The position numbers and the translations under genes are program-made. Source: Octopus vulgaris (taxonomy: Eukaryota). From it: DNA of 64,000 nt. Shown here one piece after another: positions 40,340 through 54,572 of this stretch; position 1 is the stretch's first letter, and the number at the start of each line of letters is the position of its first letter. The stretch covers positions 67,766,001 to 67,830,000 of the forward strand of contig OX597819.1 of NCBI GenBank assembly GCA_951406725.2, read 5' to 3'. The notes below the pieces were generated by a model. The model ran no database searches. It had not been told where the DNA came from and was given only the letters and a program-made list of their open reading frames with translations.

Positions 40340-41560
40340 AAAGGCGGTGAGCTGGCAGAAACGTTAGCACGCCGGGCGAAATGCGTAGCTGTATTTCGTC
40401 TGCCGTTACGTTCTAAGTTCACATTTCGCCGAGATCGACTTTGCCTTTCATCTTTTCGGGGTCGATAGATTAAGTACCAGTCACGCACTAGAGTCGATAT
40501 AATCGACTTAATCCGTTTGTCTGTCCTTGTTTGTCCTCTCTGTGTGTAGCCCCTTGTGGGTAGTAAAGAAATACGTATTTCGTCTGCCGCTATGTTCTGT
40601 GTTCAAATTCCGCCGAGGTCGACTTTGCCTTTCATCCTTTCGGGGTCGATAAATTTATTACTAGTTACGCACTGGGGTCGATGTAATCTACTTCATCCCT
40701 TTGTTTGTTCTTGTTTGTTCCCTCTATGTTTAGCCCCTTGTGGGAAATAAAGAAATAAGAAACCTTAGCACGCCGAACGAAATGCTTACTTATATTGCAT
40801 CAGTTTTTACGTTCCGTGTTCAAATTCCGCCGAGGTCGACTTTGACTTTCATCCTTTCGGGGTCGATAAATTATGTACCAGTCATGTATTGGAGTTAATC
40901 TAGTCGACTGCCCGCCCCCTAAAAATTTCGGGGCTTCTGCCAAGAGAAGAAAAGAATATCATATATTATAAAGTCGGCGAGCTGGCAGAAACATTAGCAC
41001 GCCAGGTGAAATGCGTAGCGGTATTTCGTCTGCCACTACGTTCTGAATTCAAATTCCGCCGAGGTCGACTTTGCCTTTCATCCCTTCGGATTAAATAAGT
41101 ATCAGTTACGCACTGGGGTCAATGTAATCGACTTAATCCGTTTGTCTGTCCTCTGTGTTTGGCCCCTTGTGGGTGGTAAAGAAATAGGTGTTTCGTCTGC
41201 CGCTACGTTCTGAGTACAAATTCTGTCGAGGTCGACTTTGATTTTCATACTTTCGGTATCGATAAATTAAGTACTAATTCTTTACTGGGGTCGATGTTAT
41301 CGACTGGCGCCCTCCCCCCAAATTTCGGACCTTGTGCCTAGACTAGAAAAGAATATTTTATATGAAAGCTGTGAGTTGGTAGTATCATTTCTGTGAAGGG
41401 CACATTGCTTCGTGGCTTCTCTTCTGGCTTAGGTTCTGCGTTCGAATGCCACAGGGATCACTTTTCCGTTTATCCTTTCGGGGTCCATCAAATAAATATT
41501 TGTTGAGCCCTATGGTCGATGCAATTGACTTATCTTCTTCCCATGAATTACTGACCATGA
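40340..41560 (+). mobile_element. Tandem cluster of Nin-domain SINE copies
   Basis: At least five consecutive GTCGACTTTGCCTTTCATCC units, plus a degenerate sixth. Confidence 0.9.
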
Positions 41561-41614
41561 GATAAAATTTGAAACCAATAAGATTGATAGATAGATGGAC
41601 AGACAGGGATAGAT

Positions 41615-41696
<82 letters not shown>

Positions 41697-42736
41697 GATA
41701 GATAGATGATAGATAGATAGAAGTATTCTCGCTCGTACTTTATATAGTTTTACATGTAAATAAAACAAAAATTTATATTTTACACTTTCTGCTTATAAAC
41801 GCTCATATCTTTATTTATTTCTACTAGAAAAATATAGTGTCTCCGCAGTTTCAACTTTTCTTCTTCATACCCCTCTTATATAACTAATATCATAGATATC
41901 CCCCATTTCCAACAAATCTAACAACTACTTATATAAGTTTAACGCCAAGTGACTTTATCAAATAATGTCCCATTCAACAATGAATAGACTGACCATAATT
42001 TTCTATATAAATAGATTGGTTTCATTGCAAATTCACGAGTCCTTGCTAACCAATCGGATATTTTCGTTGAAACATCATCTCTGAGTTATATTCATTACAA
42101 TCCACAAACAATGTATATTCACATTATTGGTGTTTGTTCAAGCATTGAAGTTATGAAGAATAAACGAGAGGTTGCAGCTTTTTAAATGACATAGAAGACT
42201 GCCATTAAGACACAATAGAACTACTTCAACATTTTCATAATGAGTGATATAATAAAATATAATTAATTCGAATCCACTGTTGCTCCGTAATTTTATCTAT
42301 GACGTCATTAGTCTTTATAAATTTATAAAAATTCGTTTTCAAATTTATAAAATCCCAATATATTGTAATCAGTTAAATTAAATGCACAACATTACGATCT
42401 TAAAATGCCATTTTCAAGACATGTCTCCGCTGAAAAGAAAATAAACAACAGTTTGTGTTTAATTACAAATATCATTAAATAATTACATCTGTCATGGCAT
42501 AAATTCCACTAACGTGGAGAGACTCAATTTTCCGTCGCTTCTTATAAAATAATGTTGCCGGGTAAATTCACAGCAAAAATTGGGATGTGAGCGATTATTT
42601 GCAGGAATAATTGAAATGTTCTTGTGTATGTGTAGATAGGGAGCCGTCAACTGATGAATGTTCGTTCTATGTATTCTTCGTGTTACTTGTCTTGCTTTCC
42701 ATTTTATTTTCCCTCGTTTACGTATTTAACTCATTT

Positions 42737-42788
<52 letters not shown>

Positions 42789-43700
42789 TAGATATATACA
42801 GACATACATACACACTCGCGCGCGCACAGACACACACACACATATATATGGGAGAATGTAAGCATGTTGAAAGAATGTGTATGTAAATATATTCATTGGT
42901 ACATACATAATGTAGTTTAATAAAATAAAGAAATATTTAATATGTGCGCGCATATACACGCATATATCAATTTATTTCTTTTAAAGCATATAACTGGTAA
43001 CAACTTTTCCTGCTTTTATTTAATCTTATGACAACCGTTTCCAGTGAAACACACACTGGTTGGTTTCGGAGTTGAAGCTAAAATAGTTAGAATTCTTACT
43101 TACTTAGCATATATGTTGCGTGAAATATCATGGTAATGCTATGTTGATTACAGACAATCGGCATTGTCCATTTCTTATCTTGCTGTCTACCGGACCATTG
43201 AATATATATGAAGAACAACGAAGAAAGGTCGCGGTCTTTAAAATACACCTCAGGCCAGCGTGACGTTATTATACAAATATTTCAACATTTATATAATGAA
43301 CTGTGCAATAAAATATATTTTATTGAATCTATTGTATCTCTCTCTTTAATTTATCGTATTAAACTGTTGGTATTGATTGATTTGACCTCGTAATGGACTC
43401 TTTTTCAGAATATTGAAATAATGAAAGTTAATTGAATAGCATTACAATTGTTTTCTCATCGCATTAAAGTAAATTGTGTATTGAAAGAAATATTATAACA
43501 ATTAGCTCTTGCATGCATATATCTTCAAATAATAATAGTTTATTAGAACAAAGTTGGAATCTCATAAAATTGTGTAAGCCGTGCTTTATAGTTTGTAGTA
43601 GACTCACACGGCACCAAAACTTAATTGGTAAATATGTAATAACGAAATCGAGGGAATAATATAAGAATTTGGCAATGTCAAAATGGGCATATATATATAT

Positions 43701-43774
<74 letters not shown>

Positions 43775-43899
43775 AAGCAATAAAGATTCAAGTTAATTTA
43801 AATGAATTTATGAATATACCTAACTTAGATGCACCAAAAAAACTATACTGTTTTAACAATACAGTAATGTGGGTGATTATATACAAAGGTTTTAGTTGC

Positions 43900-44383
43900 A
43901 AATTACAGCATATATGTAGTTCTAGACATCCTAGGTTATACATGAAATGTAGATAAGTACATAAACAGATTTAAAGTCATTGTCTTAAAGATATGGTATC
44001 ACAGAATTTTAAAAGTTTAATAGCATCAAGAAGGTGACTCATATGATAGATCCAGAGAATGAGGAGGATACGCAATTTATCCATTGTTATAACGAGGTGG
44101 GTCTCAATTCCTATTGAGACCATCGTTGTGATTAACAATGGATAAATTTGTCGTCTGTGTTGTAATCCTCCTCATATCTCTGGAAATTCATGTGCACTAT
44201 GGATAGGTCACCTCTGTGATGTAAAAACTTTAAAATTCTGTGATAAGACTGTACATCATCTTTAAAGAACTTTAATAACTTTGAAATCTGTTTATTACTT
44301 ATTATCTACATTACTTCATGAGTATAGTCATAGGAGTTAGAGAACTCATGATTTTATGATGAGTACGGCACGTTTATATGCTG

Positions 44384-44389
<6 letters not shown>
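43900..44389. repeat. Long bulged inverted repeat (rod-like hairpin)
   Basis: Apex GGTCTCAAT-tcct-ATTGAGACC; paired blocks extend to AAATTACAGCATATA / TATATGCTGTAATTT. Confidence 0.85.
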
Positions 44390-44440
<51 letters not shown>

Positions 44441-44450
44441 AGCATGTGTA

Positions 44451-44764
44451 TACGAAGTGTGATCGTTGCTAGAAATAGCAGCCAGTAAGTTTATGGCATT
44501 ATGTAGAGCTTCACTGAATATTTACAGGCAGAGTTGCGTGTGGGCGGTGAATATAGGAAAATTCCGTCTTACCACTACGGACACCGTTAGAGAAGCAAAG
44601 GATAACTCAATAATGCAGTTTCAAACTGCGGTCTCCGTAGGGGTAAGACGGAATGTTCCTATATTCACCACCCGCACACATGTCCTCCTGAAAATATTCA
44701 GTGAAGCACGACGTAGTGCCGTAAAGTTACCGGCTGCTATTTCTAGCAATGACCGTACATCGTG
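44451..44764. repeat. Inverted repeat, about 135-bp arms
   Basis: TTGCTAGAAATAGCAGCC..CTACGGA versus TCCGTAG..GGCTGCTATTTCTAGCAA. Confidence 0.9.
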
Positions 44765-44889
44765 GAAATCCTGGTTCATATATTTATAATTCTACCTATA
44801 TGGTGCTTCATTCATGCTGCATATTGATATTTTAATAATATATTTTCATGCACGTACATATATATATATATATATATATACATTATATC

Positions 44890-45235
44890 AAAACCCATGA
44901 TATTGCTTTCAATGGCTGCTGTGCATGGAAGTGACTTTGAACTTATTGCTCAGCTCCTTATTCTCCTGATTTGGCCCCTCTGACTATAATCAATTCCCAT
45001 ACATGAGAGGAAAAACACTTGGTTCAAACAGTATAGCAATGAACATGACATCATATATGCTGTTCATGAGCTTTTTGACTAACATGGCGATAGCGTCTTC
45101 ACCAATGAGATCCAGGGACCACACCACCCATGGAAGAAGGGTGAAGAGGGCAAGGGGACTATGTCTAAAAATAAACCTCATTCCATGGTCACATTCCATG
45201 GAGTTTCTTCGTCAACTTTTCAGGTAACCCTCGTA
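44890..45235 (+). mobile_element. Mariner transposase 3' fragment with right TIR
   Basis: PYSPDLAP/SDY motif, ..GDYV end, terminus AACTTTTCAGGTAACCCTCG-TA. Confidence 0.85.
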
Positions 45236-45387
45236 CATATAAATGTAAATATGTACATATATATACATGTATAAATATATATACATATATATATATATAC
45301 CTATGTAGAAATATATCGACATAACCCTCCCTCTCTTTATATATATATATATCAATATATATATACATGCATATATATATATATATG

Positions 45388-45805
<418 letters not shown>

Positions 45806-45976
45806 TATATATATATATATATGTAAATATATATATAGATGTATTAGTTTAAGTTTAACAATCGGGGAAGTGAGAGAGCCTTTCATGCTTCGAACCTACG
45901 CTCTTCAACTGAGAGGAACACAGAAACAAGCAGAGAGAAAGAATAAAAAAAAGGGTTTAATGGCTAGCGATCAGTC

Positions 45977-46145
<169 letters not shown>

Positions 46146-46669
46146 TATAGCGAGTCAGAAAGAGACAGGGAGAGAGAGAGTGGGACTTTCACCCCCACTA
46201 GACATATGCATGCGGTTATTTATAAATGCAAATAACACACTCATGCACGCATACAAAGAAAATTGCATGCATGTTATTGCACGAACGCACATATACATGA
46301 TTTCAGGAAAATGTGGAAATTGTTGTAGAAATGCAAGCAAATAGGAAAATATATAAATATTCAAAGACGCAAATAGAAACAAAGGAAAAGCAGAAGTGAA
46401 AAAGAATACTGAAACAATACTGTTCTGAAGTTGTAATATAAGTTTTAAATTTTTTAAAAAATATCGTTGTACGAAATTGAAATCCAAAACACAAAATATG
46501 CTATACAAATATCAACTGCATCGACTTTACCTAATGCTCGAAACTATATATATATATATATATATAAAATATGATATTCAAAATTAACTATAGAAGACTG
46601 ATTACGAGGTTGAAATAGTTATGCATTTATACAAGAACCGAATTATAAACCGCTATACAATTCTTGTTT

Positions 46670-46822
46670 AATCATTTCTCTTTTAAACGTTGCAGTCATT
46701 TGACTAGTGTCATGCTGTAGCACCGACTTTAGTCGAAGAAATCGATCCCAGGACTAATTCTTTGTAAGCCTAGTACTTATTCTCCCGACCTCTGTTGCCG
46801 AACCATATAGTCTCGGGGACAT
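46670..46822 (-). mobile_element. SINE family C 3' fragment
   Basis: Reverse-complement similarity to 48685-48895. Confidence 0.6.
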
Positions 46823-46864
46823 ACATACATTTATACATGCACAGATATCCACGCGCACACACAC

Positions 46865-46906
<42 letters not shown>

Positions 46907-47201
46907 TGCACTGATGATAGGAAAATGGATTACCCTTTGATCTTCAAATTAATTGATATGCAACTGAACAGTTTCATGAATCTGGTTTTTATGCACGAAT
47001 ACGGCACAGATAAGGTAGATTTTAGACATGTGTTAATTCTTAATCTCGATCTCTGAGTATTTCCTCACTTACGGAAGGGAGAAAGTTAAAATGTTCTTGT
47101 CTTTGTATAGTGTTTGACAACCTGACCAAAAGGTTTTCTCGATTCTAAACGTTGTGTAACCCTATGTCCCAAATTAAAATTATTGTTGCAACACACACAT
47201 G

Positions 47202-47238
<37 letters not shown>

Positions 47239-47828
47239 TCTTCTTTCAACCTTACGTGTCAAACATCTTTTTTTATATCCGATTGCCCTGCTTGACCGCT
47301 AAAACCACAAGGTTTCCTTTTTTTTTATTCACTCGCTGCTTATTTTTTAAAAATTTAGATTGGTTGATTCTCTCAGTTACGATCACTTATGATAAAGAGA
47401 AGGAATTCTGTCTTCTCTGCAACTCTGAACTATTTATTAATTCTATTTTTCAAAAAATCCTCCTGTAAACACGGTTATAGACCGTGCATACCGATGTTAA
47501 CATCGAGCGTGCATACATATGTAAATCATCCCATAAGTTCATATAAGAGAACTTATGGGATGACCTGATAGATAAAGTGTGAAGAAGAGAGTAGGTAAAC
47601 ATATCAAGTAGTTGAGCTTAAGTTTGTCAACAATACTGAAGATTTATAAATACATTGTCAAATTCCAGTTATTGCTATCTAAAATTGTTACGTCTTCAAT
47701 ATTTGTGTAAATATACGGTCAGTAATTTTTACGTAACAAATAAACACTACCTACATTTTTGATACGATATATAGAAAATTTATATAACTAATTGTGTGTA
47801 TGTGTGTGTTTGTGTGTATGTTTGTGTG

Positions 47829-47873
<45 letters not shown>

Positions 47874-48482
47874 TGTGTGTAAACTATTTCGCAGTGAAGC
47901 AAATGCAGTACCGATTAAAGAAGTCGAAATCCCAGCTGTGATCTCAAACTATTCCCTGCTGTCTTCGGAACATATTGGTTTCCTGTATTACTAGATCCCC
48001 GCTTTTCGTCCATAAATTATGAATACGCCGTGATGCACACCAAATTTTTTTTTCTGCCGCAAGATGATACTATGAAGGTCTACAAATGCAGATGCAGAGA
48101 TTAAGAACTGAGCACTTGCAAAGAAGCTACAAAGGAGGAAGCTACAATGCGATGCACGAGCACTCAGATCTCAGTGTACTGAATCACATAAGAATAACAT
48201 CTATAAGATGTTATAAGAATAACATCTATAAGACAATGAAATTCATTACGTAATTCCTGTTCCTTTGCAATTCATTTAATTTCATATGCTCATTATAATT
48301 AGGGTTCAACAAAGATTTGCTTTACCACATACCGAAGTTTAGAAATAACAGCCAAAGAACCTTAGCTATTTCCTCTACTTTAAAAAGAGACTCCTGGACA
48401 AAATAACACGTACATGGGTAATCAAATATCGATTGATTTTCGTTATTTTTCCTTTCTGCCTGCATGGATTGTTTTATGTATA

Positions 48483-48527
<45 letters not shown>

Positions 48528-48684
48528 GCATACAGGTACACACATACTTCATGGGTTAGGTAGGGTGTATATTGAATAGATACTATCCCTTAGTTGGTTG
48601 GATTCACAACCTCTAACTCCCTTTGAATTATATGTGTGTATGTGTGTGTATGCGTGTGTGTACGTATGTATGTGTGTATGTTTG

Positions 48685-48895
48685 TGTGTGTGCTTGTTTG
48701 TCCCCCTAACATCGCTTGACAACCGATGCTGGTCTGTTTACGTCCCCCGTAACTGAGCGGTTCAGCATAAGAAACCGATAGAATAAGTACCAGGCTTACA
48801 GTGAATAAGTGCTGGAGACGATTTGCTCGAGAGAAGGCGGTATGGCCCCAGAATGGCTGCAGTCACATGACTGAAACAAGTAGCAGAATAAAAGA
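48685..48895 (+). mobile_element. SINE family C 3' half
   Basis: TTTGTCCCC..CATCGCTTGACAACCGATGCTGG..AATAAGTACCAGGCTTACA; matches 63395-63510 and the reverse complement of 23500-23680. Confidence 0.8.
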
Positions 48896-50597
48896 GTATG
48901 CGTACATGAGAGAGTGACAGTGAGAGATTGAGTGAGTGAGTGAGAGAGGGAGAATGAGAGAGCTCGACAGACAGGCAGACGTGAATTATATATACCTGTG
49001 TTATAATTAAATGCAACATTCATTTATTCAATTAAGACAAAAGCCAGAATAAACCACACATACACAGACACACTCACATAAACACGGACACAGATGGGAT
49101 TAGCATATATACGTTCAATAATCCCAGCCATGCCTCTTCCCACAATTGTTAATCCCCCCTACTATCTGTTAATGAGAAACATAAAAAGTCTTAAAATATT
49201 TCATTCACAATATACTAAATACAACATCTCACTAGGTGGGAAGATTAATTTCAATGCAGAATCTAAAATCCTTACTTACCATTCATAGACATTCGGTAAC
49301 TTATCATCCGTAATAGAAAAACATTATGTTAACTACATAAAAAAGAAAAAAGAAAACTTAAACACAATTTCCATTCCTTTATAAGTGTAACATTGAAAGA
49401 CGGATTGAAGGTAATAATTTAATTTAGAATTCTCAGCTGTCGATTATAAGGCGTCGTGATAGAAGCAGTAGAAATATTTTTCGAATGAAAGATATAAATT
49501 ACATTCTCTTAGTTAAATTTCTTCTACTAAATTTCTGGGTTTCTTGTGACGTCATAATATAATTTTCTTTTTGTTTTTTTAAAGATTTTTCAAAAAGTAG
49601 TAATAAAAAAATCATAGGAATTAAATGAATTTAATGAGAAGTTCTTTGTTTTCTCCCATTTTTTTACCTCATATATATATATATATATATATCCACATAC
49701 GCGCCCGCAACACAGACAAGCATCCCTTGTGTACATGCACACATACAACTATGTATATTGACGGAAGCATGGATGGTGGTATGTATGTGTATGTCCTTGT
49801 GTTTTTACACACACACACACAATGTTGGACAACCTGTGCTACATAAGAGGCCCATAACATAATTACCTGTCTCAACAAAAATAGGTACTGCGCGGAAGGG
49901 GCGTGTTTGTTTAAGTAAACAATACTTCCAGGCGTTGCCCTATCATGGTCGAAGTCCAATGACAAAAGAAACAAAAACAGAAATATATTATTTACTGACA
50001 ATGGCCCCTTGTGGTCGGATAAAGGAATAACATATTCTTGTCTGTTTCTTGATCTAGGGAGACAGAAAGCAATATTTCAATATCGCCATATCCTTATAAA
50101 AGCGACATACGTAGTTAACGAAATACACTCTACATTTTATATATTCATTGCTAATGCGGACAAAAAATTTCATGTATAATTTCAACGAGGAATAAAATAG
50201 CCGTTCAAAATCGTACAAATGCTGCTAACCTTACTTAAATATTTTTTGCTTGGTGTCAAAATTTTCGTGGCGCCAACTACGACCTTCTTACAGACATGAG
50301 TCTTGTATCAAGGCCCAATTAGTGCGACGAAGATTCTGGTGTCAGGTAGTAATTGTTTAAAAGCAAATATGTGTCATTCCCGCTGCTATTGTTTAGTTTC
50401 AAGACAATGTCTCAGATAAAACAACATGCTAGAGTAAGTTCTCAAGGTGGGCGCTACTGCAGCCCGGTGGGCGTTGAGAGGATCCAGATGGGGGCAGGTG
50501 TCTAAGGGGTGATGCGGGGGAGGCTATAGAGAAAAAAGGAGGCATTGGGATGGAGGCAGTGGATTGGGGGACGCTATGAAGTTATTACATTATTATA

Positions 50598-50747
50598 GTG
50601 TGTTATACAACATTATTTACATTTGACGGATATTTGTCCTCATCTGGTTTGTTAACACCACGTATCGGCTGATATACCCTCCAGTTTTTATCAGATGTCT
50701 TGGGGGAAATTTCGAACCTGGGTTCTCATTCCTGAGGCATTTTTCGA

Positions 50748-50819
<72 letters not shown>

Positions 50820-50933
50820 CATTATCATAATAATAATAATAATAATTTTTTTATCATTATTATTAATAAGGTCACTGCTTAGAATCGGCGTAGTGATTAA
50901 AAGCGCGGAATTCTAACCCCAAGAATTGACCTG

Positions 50934-50973
<40 letters not shown>

Positions 50974-51232
50974 TCGAAAAATACTTTAGGAATAAGAACC
51001 CTGGTTCGACATTTCCTCAATACACCTGATGAAGGCTGGAGAATATATCAGTCGAAACGTTGTATTGACAACAAACAAGATGAGGACAAATATCTGTGAA
51101 ATGTAAATAATGTATATGTACGTAATTACTGTCAAATGTAATTAATGTACATGTACGTAATTACTGTCAAATGTAATTAATGTACATGTACGTAATTCCT
51201 CATCTCTTAAATATAGAACTGTATTTTATACA
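50598..51232. mobile_element. Second copy of the tRNA-head/(TAA)n/hammerhead fold-back element
   Basis: Same ends as 10108-10793 (ACATTATTTACATTTGAC ... CCTCATCTCTTAAATATAGAACT); flanks GTGTGTTATACA / GTATTTTATACA. Confidence 0.8.
51020..51067 (+). ncRNA. Minimal type I hammerhead ribozyme motif
   Basis: UACAC-CUGAUGA-aGGCUG-gagaauauau-CAGUC-GAAA-CG-UU-GUAUU. Confidence 0.65.
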
Positions 51233-52022
51233 AATTATATAATATTATATCAAATAACAAATGATTCATAGTATACGTAAATTAGTAAAATATAAAAAAA
51301 TTATTTATACATAAAAATAGGGGTATGGGCGCTGAGGGTATCATGTGGCCATGAGGTGAGCGGTGGCCGAAAAAGTTTGAGAACCTCTGTACCTCTGTGC
51401 TAGACGTATACATCTCCAAAATTCTATAGAATCTTTACAAAAAACTCTCTATTGCAGTTCGCCTTCTTATGCAAGGATGACTTGAGCTCAGGCAAACAAA
51501 TGAGTATAGTAATACTGCTGCTGATACTTATTTTTCATTCGCTGAAATATGTGTGGTTTACTGTATTATTTGCTAATATTTTAAGATCGATTTTTTGCAT
51601 TTCATAAGAACGAGGAATATGCTATTCAACCTCAGTTTAGCTTTCATAATAAACCTGTCGACACTACACGGTAAAACGCATATTTGAATTCGAAATATCT
51701 TCCGTTAAGATATTAGCCTCTTTGTAAGAGAATACGTTGCATGTCGATTAGCTACATTCTTTAATTTGCGAAGAATTGCTGATTACGTTTTCTTTATTGG
51801 TCACACGCACGTCGCAGAAACCGGTATAGCATAAGATGCATGCGCAGAAACTCAGAGAAACACGCAGAAATATGCATACATCAAGGCATGCACTTATAGA
51901 ATAGTTGCATAAATGTATGAATTAATAGATATATACTTGTGAGTGCATATACATGCGCATATAAATACACACCTATATATACACCTGCATATACAAACAC
52001 ACATATATGTATATATAAATAT

Positions 52023-52054
<32 letters not shown>

Positions 52055-52135
52055 CATATATAGATATATATATATATGAATACGTATATGCGTATATATA
52101 TATATATATATATATATAAATATATATGTATATGT

Positions 52136-52186
<51 letters not shown>

Positions 52187-52208
52187 TACGTATATGCGCA
52201 TATCTATG

Positions 52209-52268
<60 letters not shown>

Positions 52269-52390
52269 AATATATATATATATATATGTTCGGTTAAGTA
52301 ATTGAGATTCTAGTGAATTCTAAATAATTCACATGAATATGGTCCTTAACTAGGATGCACCGGAAATCTATATGGTGTTAACCATACGAC

Positions 52391-52519
<129 letters not shown>

Positions 52520-53370
52520 GGCGAAATAATGCTTATCATGAGTTGACGATGTATAAGTTTACATTGTTATGGCTGATCGTTATCTATACTGAAGCTGCAG
52601 AATTCTCACTGTTTTGTTTCTTAATCAGTGTTGAAATTGCTTTCTGCGAATGGCTGTATATATACATGTGTATATACACACACACATACACCCATATATC
52701 TATATTTAGCATTGGGCCTATGCTTGTTATTGTTTTGTTTTGTTTTACAATTTCCTTACGCTCCTTCATTGAATTGTTTGCATGTATAATTATCAATCTA
52801 TATGACAACAAATTGCGTTAGCTCCTTTACTATAAGCGCCTACTTTGAAGTATTCACTCGTTAATTTTACACTGCGATCGTCGCCAGCAAGCCGCAGTTT
52901 GTAATTTGATAGGTAAAGTTTTTATATCAAATTATTTAGTAATATATCTTCACTAAGCCTGTTTTATCGCGTTACCATCTCACGTAGACACTTCCAAGAA
53001 AAAAGAAAACTGATAAAGCCTGACAGTATTTAGATAAACGTAACTTTATTTTACGGTTTTTACTAAGTCCCTTCTACCGAAATTTTGTCTACGTCGACGA
53101 TTGAAACTTCAGATATTTCCCTTCGCTTGTATAATGTTAAAGATCATAAGTTTATTTAGCGATTTAATGAAATACAAATGACAGAAATTAGTACAGCTTA
53201 TCTCTTCTTACAGAAAATTGTGTACTATATTAGAGAGTGTGCTCATTCTAGAGACTATTTTGAAAGTTAGAAACTGTTTCTGTATGATAGAAATATAAAC
53301 TAAGACATAAAGAGGAACTGTAACATAGAAATGTAGACTCAGAGATACGTGAGTATATATCATAGAGCGC

Positions 53371-53422
<52 letters not shown>

Positions 53423-53458
53423 AATCTCTGAACGAGGTATAACAATAGCTGCACGACA

Positions 53459-53580
53459 ACGTGAAGTATATTTGCCACTTAAATGTGGCTAACCACTAAG
53501 ATGTTCTCCTGGGGTTACAAGCTACAGTAGCATCCACCCTTAGTGGTTAGCCACATTTTAGTGGCAAATATACTTCACGT
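53459..53580. repeat. Inverted repeat, about 42-bp arms
   Basis: ACGTGAAGTATATTTGCCACTTAAATGTGGCTAACCACTAAG and its reverse complement, one mismatch. Confidence 0.9.
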
Positions 53581-53647
53581 ATACATATATATTTTATCTC
53601 TGTAAGTTTGGAGTTATACTCCCTATTATATATATATATATAATTTT

Positions 53648-54326
53648 AAAATAGGATAAAATCTTCATAAGAATTTATCAAGTAGTTAGCGTGAAAAACT
53701 TCATAAGAGAAAAAACGTGATTTTTTTCTTTTAAATTTATTTATTTATGTTATATAGAGGGCAATATTACACATAGATGCCTCACGCTAGGAGGGGCGCT
53801 TAAAGTCAAACCAACTAAAATAAATAAACACGTCGTACCGAAACAATTCTCGAAGCAAGTCATTTAAAAACAGAATTTAGCCACATATTACACTGTGATT
53901 TCGTAATCAGTGCAATAATATGCACTCTTTACTCTTCAGTGTGTGGATAATTCAAGATATATAATGAATAAACAAAAACAACATACCAAGCGAAAAGTTA
54001 TCATATCCAGCGCAGCATGTAGGAAAGTTTATCCCTTACATATCTATGTAAATGGCGGGCTTTTTCGAATTGCATTTCGGTACAACGTGCTTATTCGGAA
54101 CACTCCGGCTAATTTTACAATTTAAAAATAGGATAAAAACTTCATAAGAATTTAGCAAGTAGTTAGCGTCAAAAACCTCATAAGAGAAAAAAAGAACCAT
54201 CATTTTTTTTGTTTTAAATTCATTTATTTATATTATATAGAGGGTACTATTACACATAGATGCCTCACGCTAGTAGGGACTCTTAAAGTCAAAACTATTA
54301 AAATAAATAAACACGGCGTACCGAAA
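53648..54326 (-). mobile_element. Penelope-LTR-like element: about 200-bp direct repeats (period about 477 bp) around a hammerhead-like core
   Basis: 53648-53843 similar to 54125-54326; CUGAAGA..GAAA core at 53890-53945 minus. Confidence 0.7.
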
Positions 54327-54334
54327 TTATGAGA

Positions 54335-54572
54335 ATGTGGGTTCGAATCCCGGACCGGGCTACGTTTTGCGTTCTTGAACAAGACACTTTATTTCGCGTT
54401 GCTCTAGCTCAATCAGCTGTAGAAATGCATCAGCCCTTGCCTTTCCCTTGGTTAAGGGGAGGCTGGTATGCATGGGCGACTGCTGGTCTTCCATAAACAA
54501 CCTTGCCCGGACTTGTGCCTGGGAGGGTAACTTTTTAGGTGCAATCCCATGGTCAATCATGACCGAAGGGGC
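54335..54572 (+). mobile_element. SINE family B, 5'-truncated
   Basis: Matches 30140-30425. Confidence 0.85.

Larger units (their letters stand above)
50430..51389. mobile_element. hAT-like MITE interrupted by the hammerhead fold-back element
   Basis: Right end GTTTGAGAACCTCTG (CAGAGGTTCTCAAAC), degenerate left GTTCTCAA, GC-rich subterminal blocks. Confidence 0.6.

Noticed and set aside
40340-41360. CRISPR-like repeated units
   Set aside because: Eukaryotic tandem SINE copies; no unique spacers or cas genes.
42648-42720. CUGAUGA motif
   Set aside because: No stem II or GAAA follows; the same holds at 46911 and at about 18322 minus.
51795-51875. Possible promoter (ATTGG, CATGCGCA)
   Set aside because: Short motifs with no adjacent gene evidence.
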